Positions 12,153-26,900 of a DNA stretch of 64,000 nucleotides are shown piece by piece (positions within the stretch are counted from its first letter, which is position 1; the number at the start of each line of letters is the position of its first letter). A model generated the notes under the pieces. That model ran no database searches. It saw nothing but the letters and a program-made list of their open reading frames with translations, and was not told where the DNA came from. The DNA comes from Trichosphaerium sp. ATCC 40318 (lineage: Eukaryota; Protista; Tubulinea). The position numbers were made by a program, and so were the translations under genes. The stretch is taken from the NCBI GenBank assembly GCA_038496445.1, contig JALMLS010000085.1:62001-126000 (forward strand). The letters run 5' to 3'.

Positions 12153-13030
12153 TGAATTAAATCAAAACGAATAATAAAACCCTTTTAAGCGAGTCTAGTT
12201 AAGATTCTTTAATTCTGAACTGATATAGATAAATGTGAAGACTACCCTTTAGACTTGATAGCTACCGGAATGTTAGATCAGCGCACGTGAGTGAGGAGAA
12301 ACTATTTTGTAAAACTCCACATTCGTTTTTGCGTTCAACTTTGAACTCCTTTCAGGAACTTAAGTTTAGCTAAAAAGTTCACGTGAACACTAACCCAAAT
12401 AAGGAATGTACAAAGTCAAAACGCTCTGTTTTAATATCAATCGTGAACAGAAGAAGGATAATGTCACATTCAGGGTACAAACGCGATTTATACATGTCAA
12501 TCTTACTAATAGAGCCGACCAACAGTAAACCGTATGAAAGCCAAGAAAAAACTTAGTTCTAACGCCATTTTACTAGTCATATACGTAAAACCGTTGTACC
12601 AAGCTTACGTTGTTTTGATCACAAGTGCTACCTGGCGATACAAGAAAAGGGAAAAAACTTGCTAACGTAAAAACATCACGTGTATTGCTTTCGATGAACT
12701 CCAAGTACTCGGTCAAAGTCACATTGACTAGTTCGATAATCCAAAACATAAAAGCTCACACGATCCCTCTTTTATGATGAATTAAAAGACAACATACACT
12801 AATATCAAAGATGAAAGAAAAAAGTTCGCTGATACAAGCACGATGATACTGGCAATACATTCAAAGACAACTTATGAAATTTTTGTATCAAATTGTACAA
12901 TTGATCACTTTAGCTTTTCTTCCGAATGTCAAAAGGGCTGACAATAAATAAAGTAAAATAAACTAAAAATAATATTATATTATAAACTATTTGACTCAAA
13001 TGGTCACTACGAAGATAACACCAAATGCTC

Positions 13031-16000
13031 TCAAAGATCCATGTCCTCAACAAACTCGCTTAGAGTTTTCTCTACATGTTTAAAAGTAGGTCTTTCAGAG
13101 CTATTAAACTTCCAGCATGCTTGCATTAGAAACTTCCAGTTCAGATGTACATGTCCTTCTATTTCAGGTGTATGACCGTCATCTCTAATCTTAACAGCCA
13201 ATTCAAGCATATCAGGAACATCACTATACGGTGCTCGCCTGTGAGTCAGTTCCCAAACAACAACACCAAATGACCACACCTAAACGAACTAGTTAAAACC
13301 TCCACAGCATAGAATAGTAATCATACATCGCTTGATGTTTCATATTTTCTTGCTAATGACTCAGGCGCCATCCACTTGATAGGCCCAATATTAGTCTTTG
13401 TTGTGTTTACACCGCCTTCAAGTGCTGATTTTCTACAACAAGTGTGAGTCACTTTTGTTCATAAAATACAACAAAACACAGCTTCAAGAACACGTGTTCA
13501 GGTCTTGAGCAGGAATATGAAATAACGTACCTTGACATCCCGAAGTCACTTATCTTTGTTATGTGTCTTCCGGATAACTAGATAATTGTTAAGTCGTTAA
13601 TAAAAGAAGAAAATTGTAAGAAAACAGCTATTCATGTGACTCGTGCGTACCAGGACCTAGATACAAGTGTGAGTATAATAGAAATGCAAAAATATGGTTT
13701 TAAATAAACTTCGTACATTTCTACAAGCCAAATCTCTGTGAACAACAGCGTTGTCATGGAGGAATGCCATACCACAGGCGATTGAGGTTAGATATTGTCG
13801 TACTTCATGAAAACTAAAATCTTTTTTTTGCTTTTCATAAAGATCGGATAGTGACCCTCCGTCCATGAATTCGAGTACTAGAATAGGACGTGCATCGTTT
13901 ATACACATACCTACAGTACCAACAATGTTCTTATGTGGAGGTAAGCCAAGGTTAACCTCAACCTAACTGAAAGTTAAAAACAATGTACATTTTGTTAGAT
14001 TCTTGCCTCTCTTAAGAACGCTTCGTTTTGACTTAATCCACATGATGACAATTTTACTGCTACTAGTTTTCCTTTGTACATAGCCTTTTTAACAACTCCG
14101 AAACTTCCCTCTCCTAAGAATTGTCAGTCAGATCTGACAAGAATAATTCAAAGAAGAATAAACAAGCCAAGATTTAGACTTCGATTGCAGCGCCTCTAAG
14201 TTAATCAAAGTACCAATTTGCTCTCCCATCTTGAGATCACCGAAATCAATAAGACCTTCTTTAGCAAACGCATCTTTTGGCATAATACCGTAATCAACAG
14301 AAGACTTGAGAGTAGTAAGTCCTTCACCAATGTTATTGCTATCGTTTAGAGATCTTTGCTTGATTGATCTTTTACGGCATTTGAAGCACCAAATAAGGAG
14401 TATAATCAGAGCGCATATCAATAGTAAAGCTACCACAGCAGCGATGATACCAGCAATAAGAGCAATATCTAAACAATAATAAGCAACGACATTCGTGTAC
14501 AACAGTTTCATACTGCTGTCTCCTGGAGTAACTAGCAGACCAGGGTCAATAGGCGCCTCCGTTGTGTTTAATGTGTTAGAACTTGGTACTTGCGGTGCCA
14601 TTGTTGGGGCTACAGTAGGAGGTACTGTAGGACTTGCGGTTGTTGGTTGTGTTGGAGAAGTTGGAGGCGCAGCAATTGTGAAACAAGTCATATCAGGTTC
14701 GTAAAGGCATTCTGGGTTTGTAAAGTTCTGTCCTGGTCTCTCGGGTATATTAAAAGTAGTCAAATGCCAACTTATATCAGGATTATATACCATACAAGTA
14801 GGTACATTCGCAGTGCAAAGCTACAAGTATATCAGTATCAACAAAAGCGCGTGTTCAAGTTTTAAGGTTGGTGCGTACGCTTGCAATATCACGTGTTCTA
14901 CATCCCTTATAATTTATCATATCGTCAACATCCTTGTCGCAATAATATATTTCATCCGGTAAGTGCTCTGGGCAAGCAAAAGAGAGGGCACCAGGAACAC
15001 GTTCTTCGTTAACACAAAGTCCAGTTGTAGTATCACACCAACTTGGATTACAAGCGTCAATGGATATACAAGTACCGCACGTCATTGGACTAGTATTAGC
15101 TAGACATTCAGAAGCACTAGCAGCATAGGTACAGTCAATACCTTGAAGTAATGTTGTTAGGAACTGCTCCAAACTTAGTATTCACTCACCACCATTACAT
15201 GTTACATCAGGACCGTATATACGTGCGTCTGGATTACACAACGATGCATGATCGCCTAGCCACATGCGTTAGTGTTTTTAAAACATTGATGGTCACATAC
15301 AATGTATGGAAGCATCAGGGTCATTTGGATAAACAGGAGGATCTTTAGAAACACATCCAATGTTTGGATTAACACATGTTTCTGTTGTGCATGGATTTCT
15401 ATCATCGCAAGATGTTGCAGCGCAAGTGCACTCTATATTACAGTTACAATCCCCTTTGCATTTTGTTCCACAAGGGCTTCTGGTAGCTAAGTAAACAAAA
15501 GTCAGAAAAAAAAGCTGTCAAGGTATTCTTGTGCTTACGGGTACAAATCTCACTATCTATCGAAGCTTTTAAGGTGCCCTCGAGTAGATTTACAAGAGTA
15601 TCCTTGTGGTTTCTACTTGAGATATCAACGGGCATTATGCTAGTTAATACAATTGATTGTATGCTAAAGGCCTAGAGTATACAATCAGTTTTTTAAACAA
15701 AAAGTAAAAGTCTTGCCTGAAGTCTCAGTTCTCGCGATAAGTCTTTTGCAGCTTCATCGTCAATTGAACATTTAAGCCCGTCCCTTTGATTTATAATAAT
15801 TTGTCTGCCTTGATCCCTACCTTGTCTTCCGAACAGCTCATAATGATCACGTGCAGACTCAAGCGCTGTAAAAATTGTTAAAGTCAACACAAGTGTTTCT
15901 TAAAATATTCTAACCCAACGAGATGTTTGTGCATCCTGAAGGTGTGTTCTCAGTGCGTATTTGTTCCATTCGCTGTAAAAAGAACTCTTTGGTGTGTGAA

Positions 16001-17323
16001 CCAAGAGGTAAAGATATATGAGACTCCTCACTGTAAAGCATAATACCAGTACGAAATCCGTATTCTCCAAATTTTAATCGCGCTGTAGCATCTTGTATAA
16101 AGGTAAAGTAATTATCCCATTCGACAAGCCTACAACACTCTTCTACTGTGAATCGATTATACGCCCCGAAACCTCCTCCAGTAGAGTTACATAACTGCAT
16201 ATATTCAACACTACAGTTGTCAGGTTTAAGAACGTTCTGGGAAGCATCAACAACTAGAGAGAGTAAGCAGTGAAGAAAATAAAAACAAGTTTTGATTTGG
16301 GTTGTGTACCAAAAAGTAGATCTACGGTATCGACACAATCTACTTCCTTACAACCAGTAGGTATTGTTGGCGTAATAAAATTGCCTGGATCACCCAAATC
16401 AATGATAGTACCATCAGCGTATCTTACTCTGAAAAAAATTTAAAAAAAGTCGTTAGGATTGTGATACAAAAACTACTAAAATAGCTTTTTTTGCTTTTAA
16501 TCCACACGTGTGATTAAACGTACCTTATTAACTCGTTCGAACTCACATCTAAGTATAAATCTGTGGTATCCATAAAAGTACCTTTATCAACGCTCGGCAA
16601 AGATCGCGTAAGCCTCGTACTTCATAGTGGTTAGCGAGCAGAGTAAAAATGAACAAAAAAGATTGTCGTACGCATTTATGAACGAATATATCACAGGAGA
16701 ACCTACAGTTCTATGTACTATAGGAACATCACCTGCAGTAGAAAATCCAGGAAAGCTAGCCTCATATGGCCAATTTGAACCTAGTTCGACATTTGTAGCT
16801 TTTTCACGTGACATACAGCCAGCACTTGGACATGACGTTGTTTCTATGATAGATTTCTGTATTTTCAAAAACGTAAGGTTTGGATATGTGAACCAAGTAA
16901 ATAGAGTACCGTTTCAAGGTCCCAACGCTCTATTACGTATCCGTTCGTAGTCGTATCATTGAAGTAAATATCAGCGACGAGAAACCCAATATCAGTATCA
17001 ATTTTTCCTTCGTATCCAAACTCGCCGTACTTTACGACCTACATAACAAAACAACATTAAAATCAAAAATCACGTGACAAATACCCAAAAAAAAATCATA
17101 AAACGAAAAAAACACTCTTGAATTACTCACCATCGAATCGTCCGTGTTGTACATTACAGCTTGCCTAGAGTGAATAAACGAAAAGACAGCCGAGTAAGCA
17201 AGGCTTATATTAATCACCAACAAAATACAGACACCTACAACAGCACCGTAAGCAGATGAAAAAGATTTACACGTTTCGCGCTAGTACAATAATAATAAAC
17301 GAACCTGCCGTATTTGTTGGCAT
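13031..17323 (-). CDS. Single-pass receptor TKL/tyrosine-kinase-like kinase with VWA-like and Cys-rich ectodomain
   Basis: Signal peptide, VVDASQN (VWA-like), Cys-rich region, P/T-rich stalk, TM IALIAGIIAAVVALLLICALIILLIW, then GEGSFG, HRDLACRNVL, DFGMS, GPIKWMAPE, SDVWSFGVVVWE. Confidence 0.9.
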
Positions 17324-17491
17324 TGTTGTTACGAAGTGTTGATCGGTATTTGGGTAAATATTTATATCAAATGGAACTCTGTTGAATTTTGGAAGAAAAG
17401 TCAACCTCAAATGCGGAAAAATGGAAAACCAAACAATCCAATATGTTATCCAGAAAATTTATTGGCGGTGTTTTTCGCGTTTTTTGGACAA

Positions 17492-19324
17492 TCATCGCCA
17501 TCTCGTTCTTTTTAATTTTGGTCCTAGCACAGAACTAGCGTCTCCTTCTATATCATCCAGCTTTCTTATAAGCCCTCTGTTTTTTTTAGTATCAACTATT
17601 TCTTGAACTTCATCGGGAATAACCAACATATCATGGTAATCCTTTAACTCAGGTTTCATGCCTGCATGAACCTATTACAACACTTATTAGAAAACACGTG
17701 ATAACATCAATATGATAACGTACCTTGCGGTCCGTATAATCTATAGCTTCTTGGATAGTATGTTTACTGTTCAATGTGCCCTCTGTGTAAAGAAGTTTAG
17801 CTGCGCTAAAAATGAGCTGATCAAACATGACATCAGCAACTTGTTGAATAGCAGAATCTCTTGCCATATACCATCGCCACCTTAAACCATTTAGAATACT
17901 TAAACAGCTAATATAAGTACCTGTTTGGGCTGTAATTCTGCGCTCTGATTGTTTCGAGTTGCCTGGCATGCTGTGAGATAAGATTCTTAGCATCTTGGTT
18001 TGCTTCGCTAAGTGCTTTGAAAGAAAAATGTCGCCGAAGAATAAACTCCCTCTCAAGTGCTGCAACGACTTGTTTTTCAGAATTCCGAATGTCACCGTCC
18101 ACGTATCCGCTGTATATCAAGCTAACATAATGAATAAGGAAAACAACGTGACGCTCAGAGCAAAAATGCACCTTTCCCAATCGACAGTTATCTCACGTTT
18201 CTTTAATTCTTCATCCAAGTCCCTCTTGCGTTCTTGCTTTTTTAACTCCTTTGATTGCCTTCTCTTCTCCTTATTACCCTCTCTTCTCTTTTGCTCCTCT
18301 TCAAAGCCTTCCTTACCGCCATACTTCTCCAACGCAGCAGCATAAACATCAGACACCTACGATGTTAATAAGTCAGATTACCATTAAGAATCTCAAGCTT
18401 GTTTTTTAGCGTACCAGATACTCTATGCGCCTCATTCCCCATCCACCACCTCGAGTACTACTTTTAATAGGCTGCATATCTCTTTCGCTTAGACAGAACA
18501 CTATGTGACCGAGTCAGAGAGCTGGGAGAATCGAAGGGGAAATCTAGTTGAGAAAACTTACTAGCTTTTGCAGCTGTCTTGTTTATGACTTTGTACTTTT
18601 CTATATTCACTTGACAATCCTTACAAAGAGTCTTTTGAACGAGTTTAACACGACAACTTGTTTTAATCCCTAAACAAAGCAATTGTCAGAGCACTGATTT
18701 TCACAAAAAAACCGTAAATAAAAACCGTATTAATCCGTACCACATTCGTTACAATACGTCTTTGATTGTATCCTACAACAACTCGTTACATATAAAGAAC
18801 CATCGAGAGATAAATGGCGACAGCGAAGCGAGATGGACAAGAAAGTAACAAGTTTTTCAAAAAAAATGCGTGGATTGGTTCCACAACAATGCAAAGGCAT
18901 CCAAGACACTTTCATACGCAAGAGCTCAAAAAGAACGGTGCTTTCAGTGGAGCAATAAGCGGAAATTCCACTACGTCAACCAAAGTGAAGAAAAAAGCGC
19001 TAGATTCGCTTACCTACGCAAGAACGTTCTCTTGGGGTGTTGTCGACCCTTATAAACTGGCCATTTCTTCTGGTTACACAAACGCATCCTACAACGCCGT
19101 GAGAAGGTTAAACAGTCTACAATCTACACCATAGTGTCAAAAGTACATACCAAACTTGCTTAGAGTCTGCAGCTTCGCACCATAGCTTTGACACTTGCGC
19201 AAATACAAGCACATCAGTGAAGGGAAGGTGATATAACACTTCGGTGAGCATCTACGATTCGTCAACTTTTCTGTTACGTCAAATAACGTACTTCATTCGG
19301 TATCTCGCTTATAAAACACTCCAT
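17492..19324 (-). CDS. F-box protein with CxxC zinc site and XPA-like domain
   Basis: ISEIPNEMLTEVLYHLPFTDVLVFAQVSKLW (F-box); CNEC...CKDC..KYKVINKTAAK..FCLSERD..YLVSDV..AALEKYGG. Confidence 0.75.
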
Positions 19325-19380
19325 CGTGATATTGGTAATTGTTAGACTGCGGCGGTTAAGCTAGAAAGCAGATAAGTACA

Positions 19381-19398
19381 AATGTCCACGTGGACATT
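19381..19398. promoter_or_regulatory. Perfect 18-bp palindrome centred on CACGTG
   Basis: AATGTCCACGTGGACATT, 57 bp upstream of the F-box gene ATG. Confidence 0.45.
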
Positions 19399-19799
19399 CA
19401 AAAAACCGGCAAAAAAACCCGCCAACGTTTTTGTCAATTACCGCCACTGTAGGTGAAAAGTTTTGCCAAAAAACGTGGTTTAGAGCTACAGAAGCAATCT
19501 ACACGCGAGGGTTTCGCGAGTCTAGTACAAACAAACGAAACGCTCCAAGACAGTCAACTTTTTTATGTAAAATGGAAGCAGTTACTTCTAAAGAACAATG
19601 AGGCACAAATAACGTACCAGTAGTAAACAGCTCACGCCCTTATAGTAGGACAAAGCGAAATCAAAGCGGTGCAGTAGAAAAACGAGCCAAGCGACGTAAG
19701 ATAAGGTGACTAGGGCCTAGCCAAAAAATAAATAAATTAACGAAATCAATTATCCAAAAAAAAAAAACACAAGTTTGAGCTTGTATTAGAAACCGAGAT

Positions 19800-21284
19800 T
19801 CTAATGCCATTACAGTCAACTTAGAAAAGCCTCTCTACCAAGTTTAGCCGGATATGAGCATTTGTCTGACTTGGATATCGTACTTACAACCGAAGATGGA
19901 GAAGAGATTGTAAGAGTAAAAACGGGAAGAATGACACTGGCGTTAAACTCAAAGTGCACCTTTAATGAACCTATTAACGTAGATTCTGCTTAACTAGCTT
20001 TACAGGTTCTTCAATGACGAATTAAAAGACGTAACATCAGGGAAGTATCACTATATTCTTGGTCATAACGAGACCGAAGATTCCGCACTAGCACTTCTTG
20101 ATCTTCTCTCTTCACGTGACTGTACGATCAAAAGGGAAGTTGTGACAGCAGTTAATACTTCTATGTACACGGTGGTAACCAATACACTATTCTACGTACA
20201 CCAATGCTTACTGAATACATTGGTAATTGACCCACCTAGAACGACAAAGATTGCGATTATGCGAAACAACTTTTCAAACACATTTGTTCTGTTTGTTCCT
20301 TTGAGGAACTATTCTATCTTAAAGCGCCAGGCAATGAAGAGTGCAATCTAGCTTTTATACAAGGAATAATAAGGCATTATAAAACAACATCAGTATTAAT
20401 GCAACACTGTTATGATACCAAAGAAAAAGTTATACTCGAAGATGGAGTTCTAGATCTGATGTGGAAGCATTACCAAGAGGGATATGAAGAGCCTTATATC
20501 GATTCATCAGCGGATGTATGGTTACTTGCATGTAAGTATCACATTGCTTTCGTTCTATGGTTCATTGGTACCAACAGGTATGGCAAGGCATTATGACTTG
20601 GCTGAAAGGATAGAATATAGTTTACCTTGTGTTTTTGCCGGCTACTTGTGGAAACGTCAAGAGGAAAACAGGTGTTGGTGGATATCAGTATGGGGTGAAA
20701 CGTGTGGTAACTATTTTCCTAATTTGAACATACTTGCTATGAGATCTCAGTCAGATATTGACAACGAGATTTTCCAAACACTGTACACTAACACAATGTA
20801 CGTATTGCTCAACTTATTTATTATTTTTGATTCATTTTAACTATAGTTATGAGCAAGCTGACTAGTCTCTAGCGTGCAACAACAAAAGCCACTGTGTGTT
20901 GGAAAAACAGCTGAAACTACCACTAGCGTAACTACAACATACCATGATGGCAGTTTCAATGTGTACATTGCTGGAATAGTATGGTACAAAATGATACAAT
21001 TCAACACTTGTTTTGTATTTATACGTGTTTGTAGGGCCCTAAATGCAAGGGTTTGCGGGGATAGAACTAGAACTTGGGTATACCCAGCACATTCTGATGA
21101 TATCTTGCGTGTTCCATACAGCATAAAATTCGTACCAAAGAGTAAGGCACTAGTAGCTTCACCAAAACAAGAAGTGACTTTTTATCGGAATACTGATAAA
21201 GCAAGGTGCGCTACAAAGCATGGGCACTCATTTAACACCACTCTTCCCTTTACTGTTGATATAAAGCTATATGTAGACAACTAG
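19800..21284 (+). pseudogene. Degenerate or frameshifted hypothetical gene(s), paralogous to the 8.3-8.8 kb region
   Basis: Overlapping short ORFs in shifting frames; contains the repeat copy 20067-20216. Confidence 0.4.
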
Positions 21285-21468
21285 TAAATGATCTTTAACA
21301 TGCTAACTGTTGAGGATAAAGTATCTGCTACGCATTATACTTCTGAATTTCACAACGCACGTGATTGCTTTGAATTCTATTCGTCAAGTTAAGTTCGACT
21401 TGCTTCTTAGTCAAGGAAAATCCTTAGCGCGAGTAGTTTATGTAACATCAAGATACGCAGTTTGCTGC

Positions 21469-23414
21469 TTACATACAAGTTGTAGAGTTTTCATCTGGAA
21501 ACTCAACAAACATAATGTCAAGAGGTTTTAAAACTAATGGTGTCTTGTTATCAACTTGAAGTCCTTCAATACTTGGTAGTTTCATTGGAGAATATACCAA
21601 TGGTTTACCATTTAATGAAGCTCCAGTACCACTAAGACCTTGAGTTGGGGAGAGACGGTATTCGACTCTAAGTTTGGCTGAAAGAGAGAGTGCAACATTG
21701 GCAGTCTCTTTTTGATCCAGGTTCATTAAAACGATAGAAACACCTCCTCTGCTCCTCGCACTACAATGAGCGTATGCCCTGATGTGCGTAGACCCGCTGA
21801 CAGTTGTATTCAATACGCCTGTGCCCATGACTCTCGTCCAAATATAGTTCCCGTAGTAGTCCGGTAGAGGGGTATGTGTCATACAATCAAGTAATCCGTA
21901 ATCAGCTCCTATGAAGTCTTGACGACAAAAAGCACTATACCCGGCCGCAGCTTTGGATCCCTGAGAAAGAAGTCGAGTTAGTTTGGTAAAATGAAAGAAA
22001 ACAGACGTCGTTGTTTTATCAGTAAATCAAAGAGTTTGGGTCGAAAGTGCACCACGTACCATGGCGTCTAAGTACCAGAAAGTGTCAGCATAGTTAGCCC
22101 AGCGCATTGACTCATGTGAACAAGGTGGTGATCCTCCATTATGTGGTCCTATTTCTCCCGCCCATGTTTCTGCTTGTGGATAATGTTGTTGTACCGCTTC
22201 GTACACGTGTTGACCTATATTCAATGTTGTATCAAGTAAAGATGGATCTGTTGTAGTATTGACATCAACTTCAATATACTCGTGATGCGTGATCGCGAAC
22301 ATGTCCAATTTATTCTTCATTGCTTCATCCATAAAGCTAGCAAGCCAATCGGTATTAGGATCTGTAAAAAAACTGTGAGAATTGTAGAAAGGAGGGCAAA
22401 AAATACTTGCTTTTTGTACGGAAACTATGTGGATCAGGGCCGATTATTTTTGGACGAGAAGAAGCATCTGGATACAATTCCTCTAATAACTTTGCTAGGA
22501 TTAAAAAATCCGCAACTTCCTAGTACTTGGATTAAGAGCATGGACCAAAAAAAGGTAGTCAACTTACTTCAGCACCAGTGAAGCGGTTATTTTGCTCGTT
22601 GCCAAGCTCGAATCCAAAAAACTTATAGCCTTTCTTTATGGAATACTCAATAAGAGATCGAGCATTTGTTGGATCCCACTTATTGTCTGAGGTACGTTTG
22701 GCAAGATTAAGACCAAATACCATGTTTAAGCCAGCATACTAATGCCAAAGTTACTATTGGCAGAAAAAAAGAAGAAAAAAAATCACGTGCCTCAGAAAAT
22801 CCGTTTAAGTTATCCCACCAAGTACTGTTGAGAACTTCCCCCCTTCTGCCAGATGCATTGCTATTAACGTCATACGTTAAATCGTCGTTACCTGTTCCTC
22901 CAACCTTTCAACAGAAAAGTAAGAATCTTTTATCTAAAACATTACTTTACTTGTTCTGTTGGTCACTTACTCTAAGATACGCAGGAGCTATTTGCTTTGC
23001 CAAATATCTAAGATTAGGGTCGGCTAGGTTTCTTTGAAAGAAACCTCTGTTGGCCGAAGTGTCTATGTTGAAACCTAGTAGAAAAAGTAAGAACAAAAAA
23101 AAAACCATTTAATGCCACTTTGCGGCACGTGCGTACTGGCAAAATTTGGTGAGGTTTTGTACGTTATTTTACTAGTATCAACCTTTATATTAATGTCCAT
23201 ACATCCAACTACACCTACTGCTAATCGTTAGTCTTTTCTCGGCTACCTTTTTCGACAGAAAAGTTTTCTAACTTTGTTACACTGTTTTAAACACTACAGG
23301 TAAAGCTATCTACTGTGTAAAGCGTATTCAACATTTGGGACAACAAATGTGCTATCTCTTATACTTATACTTACATAATAAGGCCAATAACACAGGTAAT
23401 GCGAATACTCTCAT
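21469..23414 (-). CDS. Glycoside hydrolase family 79 (heparanase/beta-glucuronidase-like), secreted
   Basis: Signal peptide MRVFALPVLLALLS; APAYLRVGGT, FELGNE (acid/base), WAGEIG (nucleophile), FCRQDFIGADYGLLD, PLPDYY. Confidence 0.9.
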
Positions 23415-23906
23415 TATCTATCAAGCTTTGTGTTCTCTTCGAAAAGCGGTTAAGAAAATCGTGTCTCACCAAATGTCAACGGCAGTAAACCCTCGTGTAA
23501 AAAACACTATGGCATCATGCAGTACACGTTCGCTTTCCTACTCATGGCGGAATAGCGGAGCGGAAAAAACCTGTCATCAGTTTCTATTCAGTTTGTGGAT
23601 GATAAGGATTGCTCTCACTTTTGGATACAATAACGGCTTTGGCAAAACACATATCATAAACGCATCGCTAATGGATGGAACTCAATATGCCTTTTGTAAG
23701 AAACGCATAAATAGCTTTTACAATACGCCATTTAGCCACACGTGCGACCCCTAACTTGAAGCGGAAACGGTAATTTCTCAATATAGGGTTTCTGACAAGG
23801 TCAACAAGCAACAAACAAAGTCTTTTACAAAAAAATTTTAACTATAGTCGTTGCAATTTACAAATTTCATAATACAAGTTATTAAAGTGTCTCCTTCTTT
23901 CTTACT

Positions 23907-26900
23907 TTATAGTACCTTTCTACCAGAAGATGTTGAAGAAGAAGAGTTGAATGTTATGAGACCCTTAGACCTCAGGTAAAGAATAGGAGGTACAGTAAGT
24001 AAAGTCAAAGCACCAACCATCTGAACATAACTCCAAAGTAAACCAGAAGGTGTACTCTTGATTAAACTAGGTGTATGATTCTTAGCACTCTTTAGCTTAA
24101 CAAGAAGAGCCATTTGCTTCTCAAGAGCTCCAAATAATTTATCAACATCTGGAACATGTGCTTGAACACCTACTTTTGTATCTGCAGGTACGTTATCAAA
24201 AGAAAAACCTGATAATATTTTTTGTAATCCCGATATTTCTTCCTTCCATGCATCCAAGAGGCCTTTAAGTTTTTTGGCAGCAAGAAAGTTTTTATACTCT
24301 TGTGTCATAGCTGAATGGTCTCCAGTACTGTTTATAGATAAAAGAGATAAGTAATGCTCAAAAAAATCGAGTTTGTTGTTAAGTTTGATCAATTCTTCTG
24401 AACTCGTCGAACTAGCAATAAGTACTTCCAATGCGCCGATTCTCGTCACCAAGTAAAATGCAAGTGCTGATATAAGTAATAAGCATACCATGCCTGTATA
24501 TATAAAAATAGAACTAGCTCCTGCGGCCATAACTGGTTCAGTAACAGGTATAACTTCAACATCTGCTTTTTTCTTCTTTTTCTTTTTAACAACTTCAACA
24601 TTCTCTGTTGACGCTGATGGCTCTTCCGGTGTTTTCATCAAATACTTTTCTGTTTCTTTTGTCGAAGCTAAAAGCCAAGTCTCTACAATAGTCTTTTGTG
24701 TTGAGATAGAAGCCTTTTCAATCGGTCCTAAAAATAATAAATAAAACAATTTAAAAAAATATTCGATAAAAGAACCGCGTTTGTAACAAAGGCTACGTTT
24801 GCTTCTATCTAACCCACAACTTTAAGGAGAGTATTTTTACATTGTTTAATATTAAATATTGTAATTGTAATTGTAATTTCAGTGATAAGAGCATGCTCTT
24901 GTATTGTGGTGACAAGCGTCCATGAAAAATAACAGGAAAATATGTGCACGTACCCTTCAACCATGTAGATTTTCTCCAGCGTACTCCTGCGTCTACAGAT
25001 ACACTAACATTACCATCTTCCTCAACAATAATCCAATTTTCTTCAACAGTAAAATAATCAGCATACGGAACATCTTTTGCTTGTCCTTCCGTCTCAATAT
25101 TCAAAACCCTAAAAAGGAAAGTAAACAAACAAAAAACGTGTACAGTTCACTGAAATGAATCAAAGAAATTGGACTTACTTTTCACTTGAGAATCGAGCAC
25201 GTTGAGTTTGATCTACCCTTGTGCTCTTAGGACCACCTACGGGCGTTAATGATTTAAACGTAAGTGAATCGAACCTGGGAAGTTTGTTCTGACAGGAGCT
25301 CTGTAGGATACTTTTCGAGTCATACAGCTGTTATCGTCGGCAAGAAGCCACGGAGATGCCGTGAGTTCTAAAATTACAAATCAGCAATGAGTTTGAAGCG
25401 TAGAATCATAAAATTACGTAATTTCAAAAAAAATACCTGTAAATTCATTATTTTCAGCGTGAAGCTTAGTAAAGTCGTGTGAGTGCCAGAACAAAGCGAA
25501 AAACTCTCGGCAATCAATTGGATAACTCTTATCAGCAACTCTAGAACCTAAATAAAAATAAGGATACGAGTACAAATGCCATTTTTTTTCAAATAAAAAA
25601 AAAGCACCAATGAAAAGTATCCATACCTTTAACTTTATCAACAAACGTGCAATGCTTAGAAGTAGCAGATAATGGTGGCATAGTAACCTAGATATAAAAA
25701 ATAAGATAACCATGAATAAGAATGACACCAAAAGCAGTATTGAGAGCAACCCGAAGCCATAACGTTAAATTCAAAAAAAGAAAAAAACGCCGGGTTAAAA
25801 TTTTAAGCGACGGTTAAAATTACCTCCGGAAACTTTAGAGATTTGGCCGGGGATTCCGTAACAGGCGCCGATTGATTGTCTCCAGTACGTATAAGTGACT
25901 CTATATTATCTGGACGACCATCATCAATTGATCCACGCTTTTCTTTTTTGCCCTTTTTTTTCTTTCCCAATTTCTGCTTTTCTCCATTGTTTTCACCTTC
26001 TTGATCCTTATCCTCCATTACGTGAGATGTTTTTTTGCTCCCTCGCACAGAACCAAGTTTAGATGACCTACTACAGTACGTAAGTACCAATTAAAAGCTA
26101 AACACGCTTGTTTTACGCCTTTTCGTGCTGATCTGTAAACTTGGCCTTTAAACGTAATAAAAACATACCTTTTTGATTTAGAACCGCTTCTCTTGCGTTT
26201 AGGTTGACCCCCAGAAGAACCTGGAGGCTCTTCGACAATATTATGGTTTTCCAACACTGAAGTATCTATTTTTGATCTAATAAATAAAAACGCATGGTAC
26301 GTGCCAACAAGCGTCTTAAAATAGAAATAGAAAGTCCAATAATGAACAAAAAAACGCGTTTGACCAAAACGCAAAAAAAACCTTCAAAAATCGAAACCAC
26401 ACGGTTTTTGTGACTCTGTGCGCTATCCCACAAAGAGTGAACGAATACGTACTTGGTGGAGAAGATGGTGGAGTCTTGGCGTTATCAGCAACTGTATCTG
26501 GTGTGTATAGTGATCCTCCTGATGTTGGAGTGTTTATACTACTGAAGAATGTTAGAGTTTCGGGTTTTTTTGGCTTATCCGCGGGGAAAGAGTCAATAAC
26601 GTTTTAGTTAGTTGAATCAATCATGTCACATTTCTTTCTTCCTTTCTTTGTTTTCTAGTACGTACTTTCTTGAAGCTACAGTAACAGCTGCTTGTTCATC
26701 TATATCCACAGCATCATCATGAATTACAAGGTCTTCTCCCCTAAACAGATACTTTTTGTTACTATTTTTGCTTCTAATAGTCTAATAACACGTGCAAGTG
26801 TGCTGCTATGGCATCAACAATAGATCTTAAGGCTCTATCACGGAATATGAAGGATGAATATGTAAACTGCGAGAAGTTAGAGTTTTTGTTGTCAGTTACT

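Noticed and set aside
12774-12833. C/D-box snoRNA (ATGATGA...CTGA)
   Set aside because: Short and AT-rich, no real terminal stem and no rRNA-complementary guide that I can recognise.
23526-23562. U12 snRNA-like ATGAGTAGGAAA on the minus strand within a small hairpin
   Set aside because: Lacks the 5' GCCTTAAAC and the exact GTAAGGA branch-pairing sequence.
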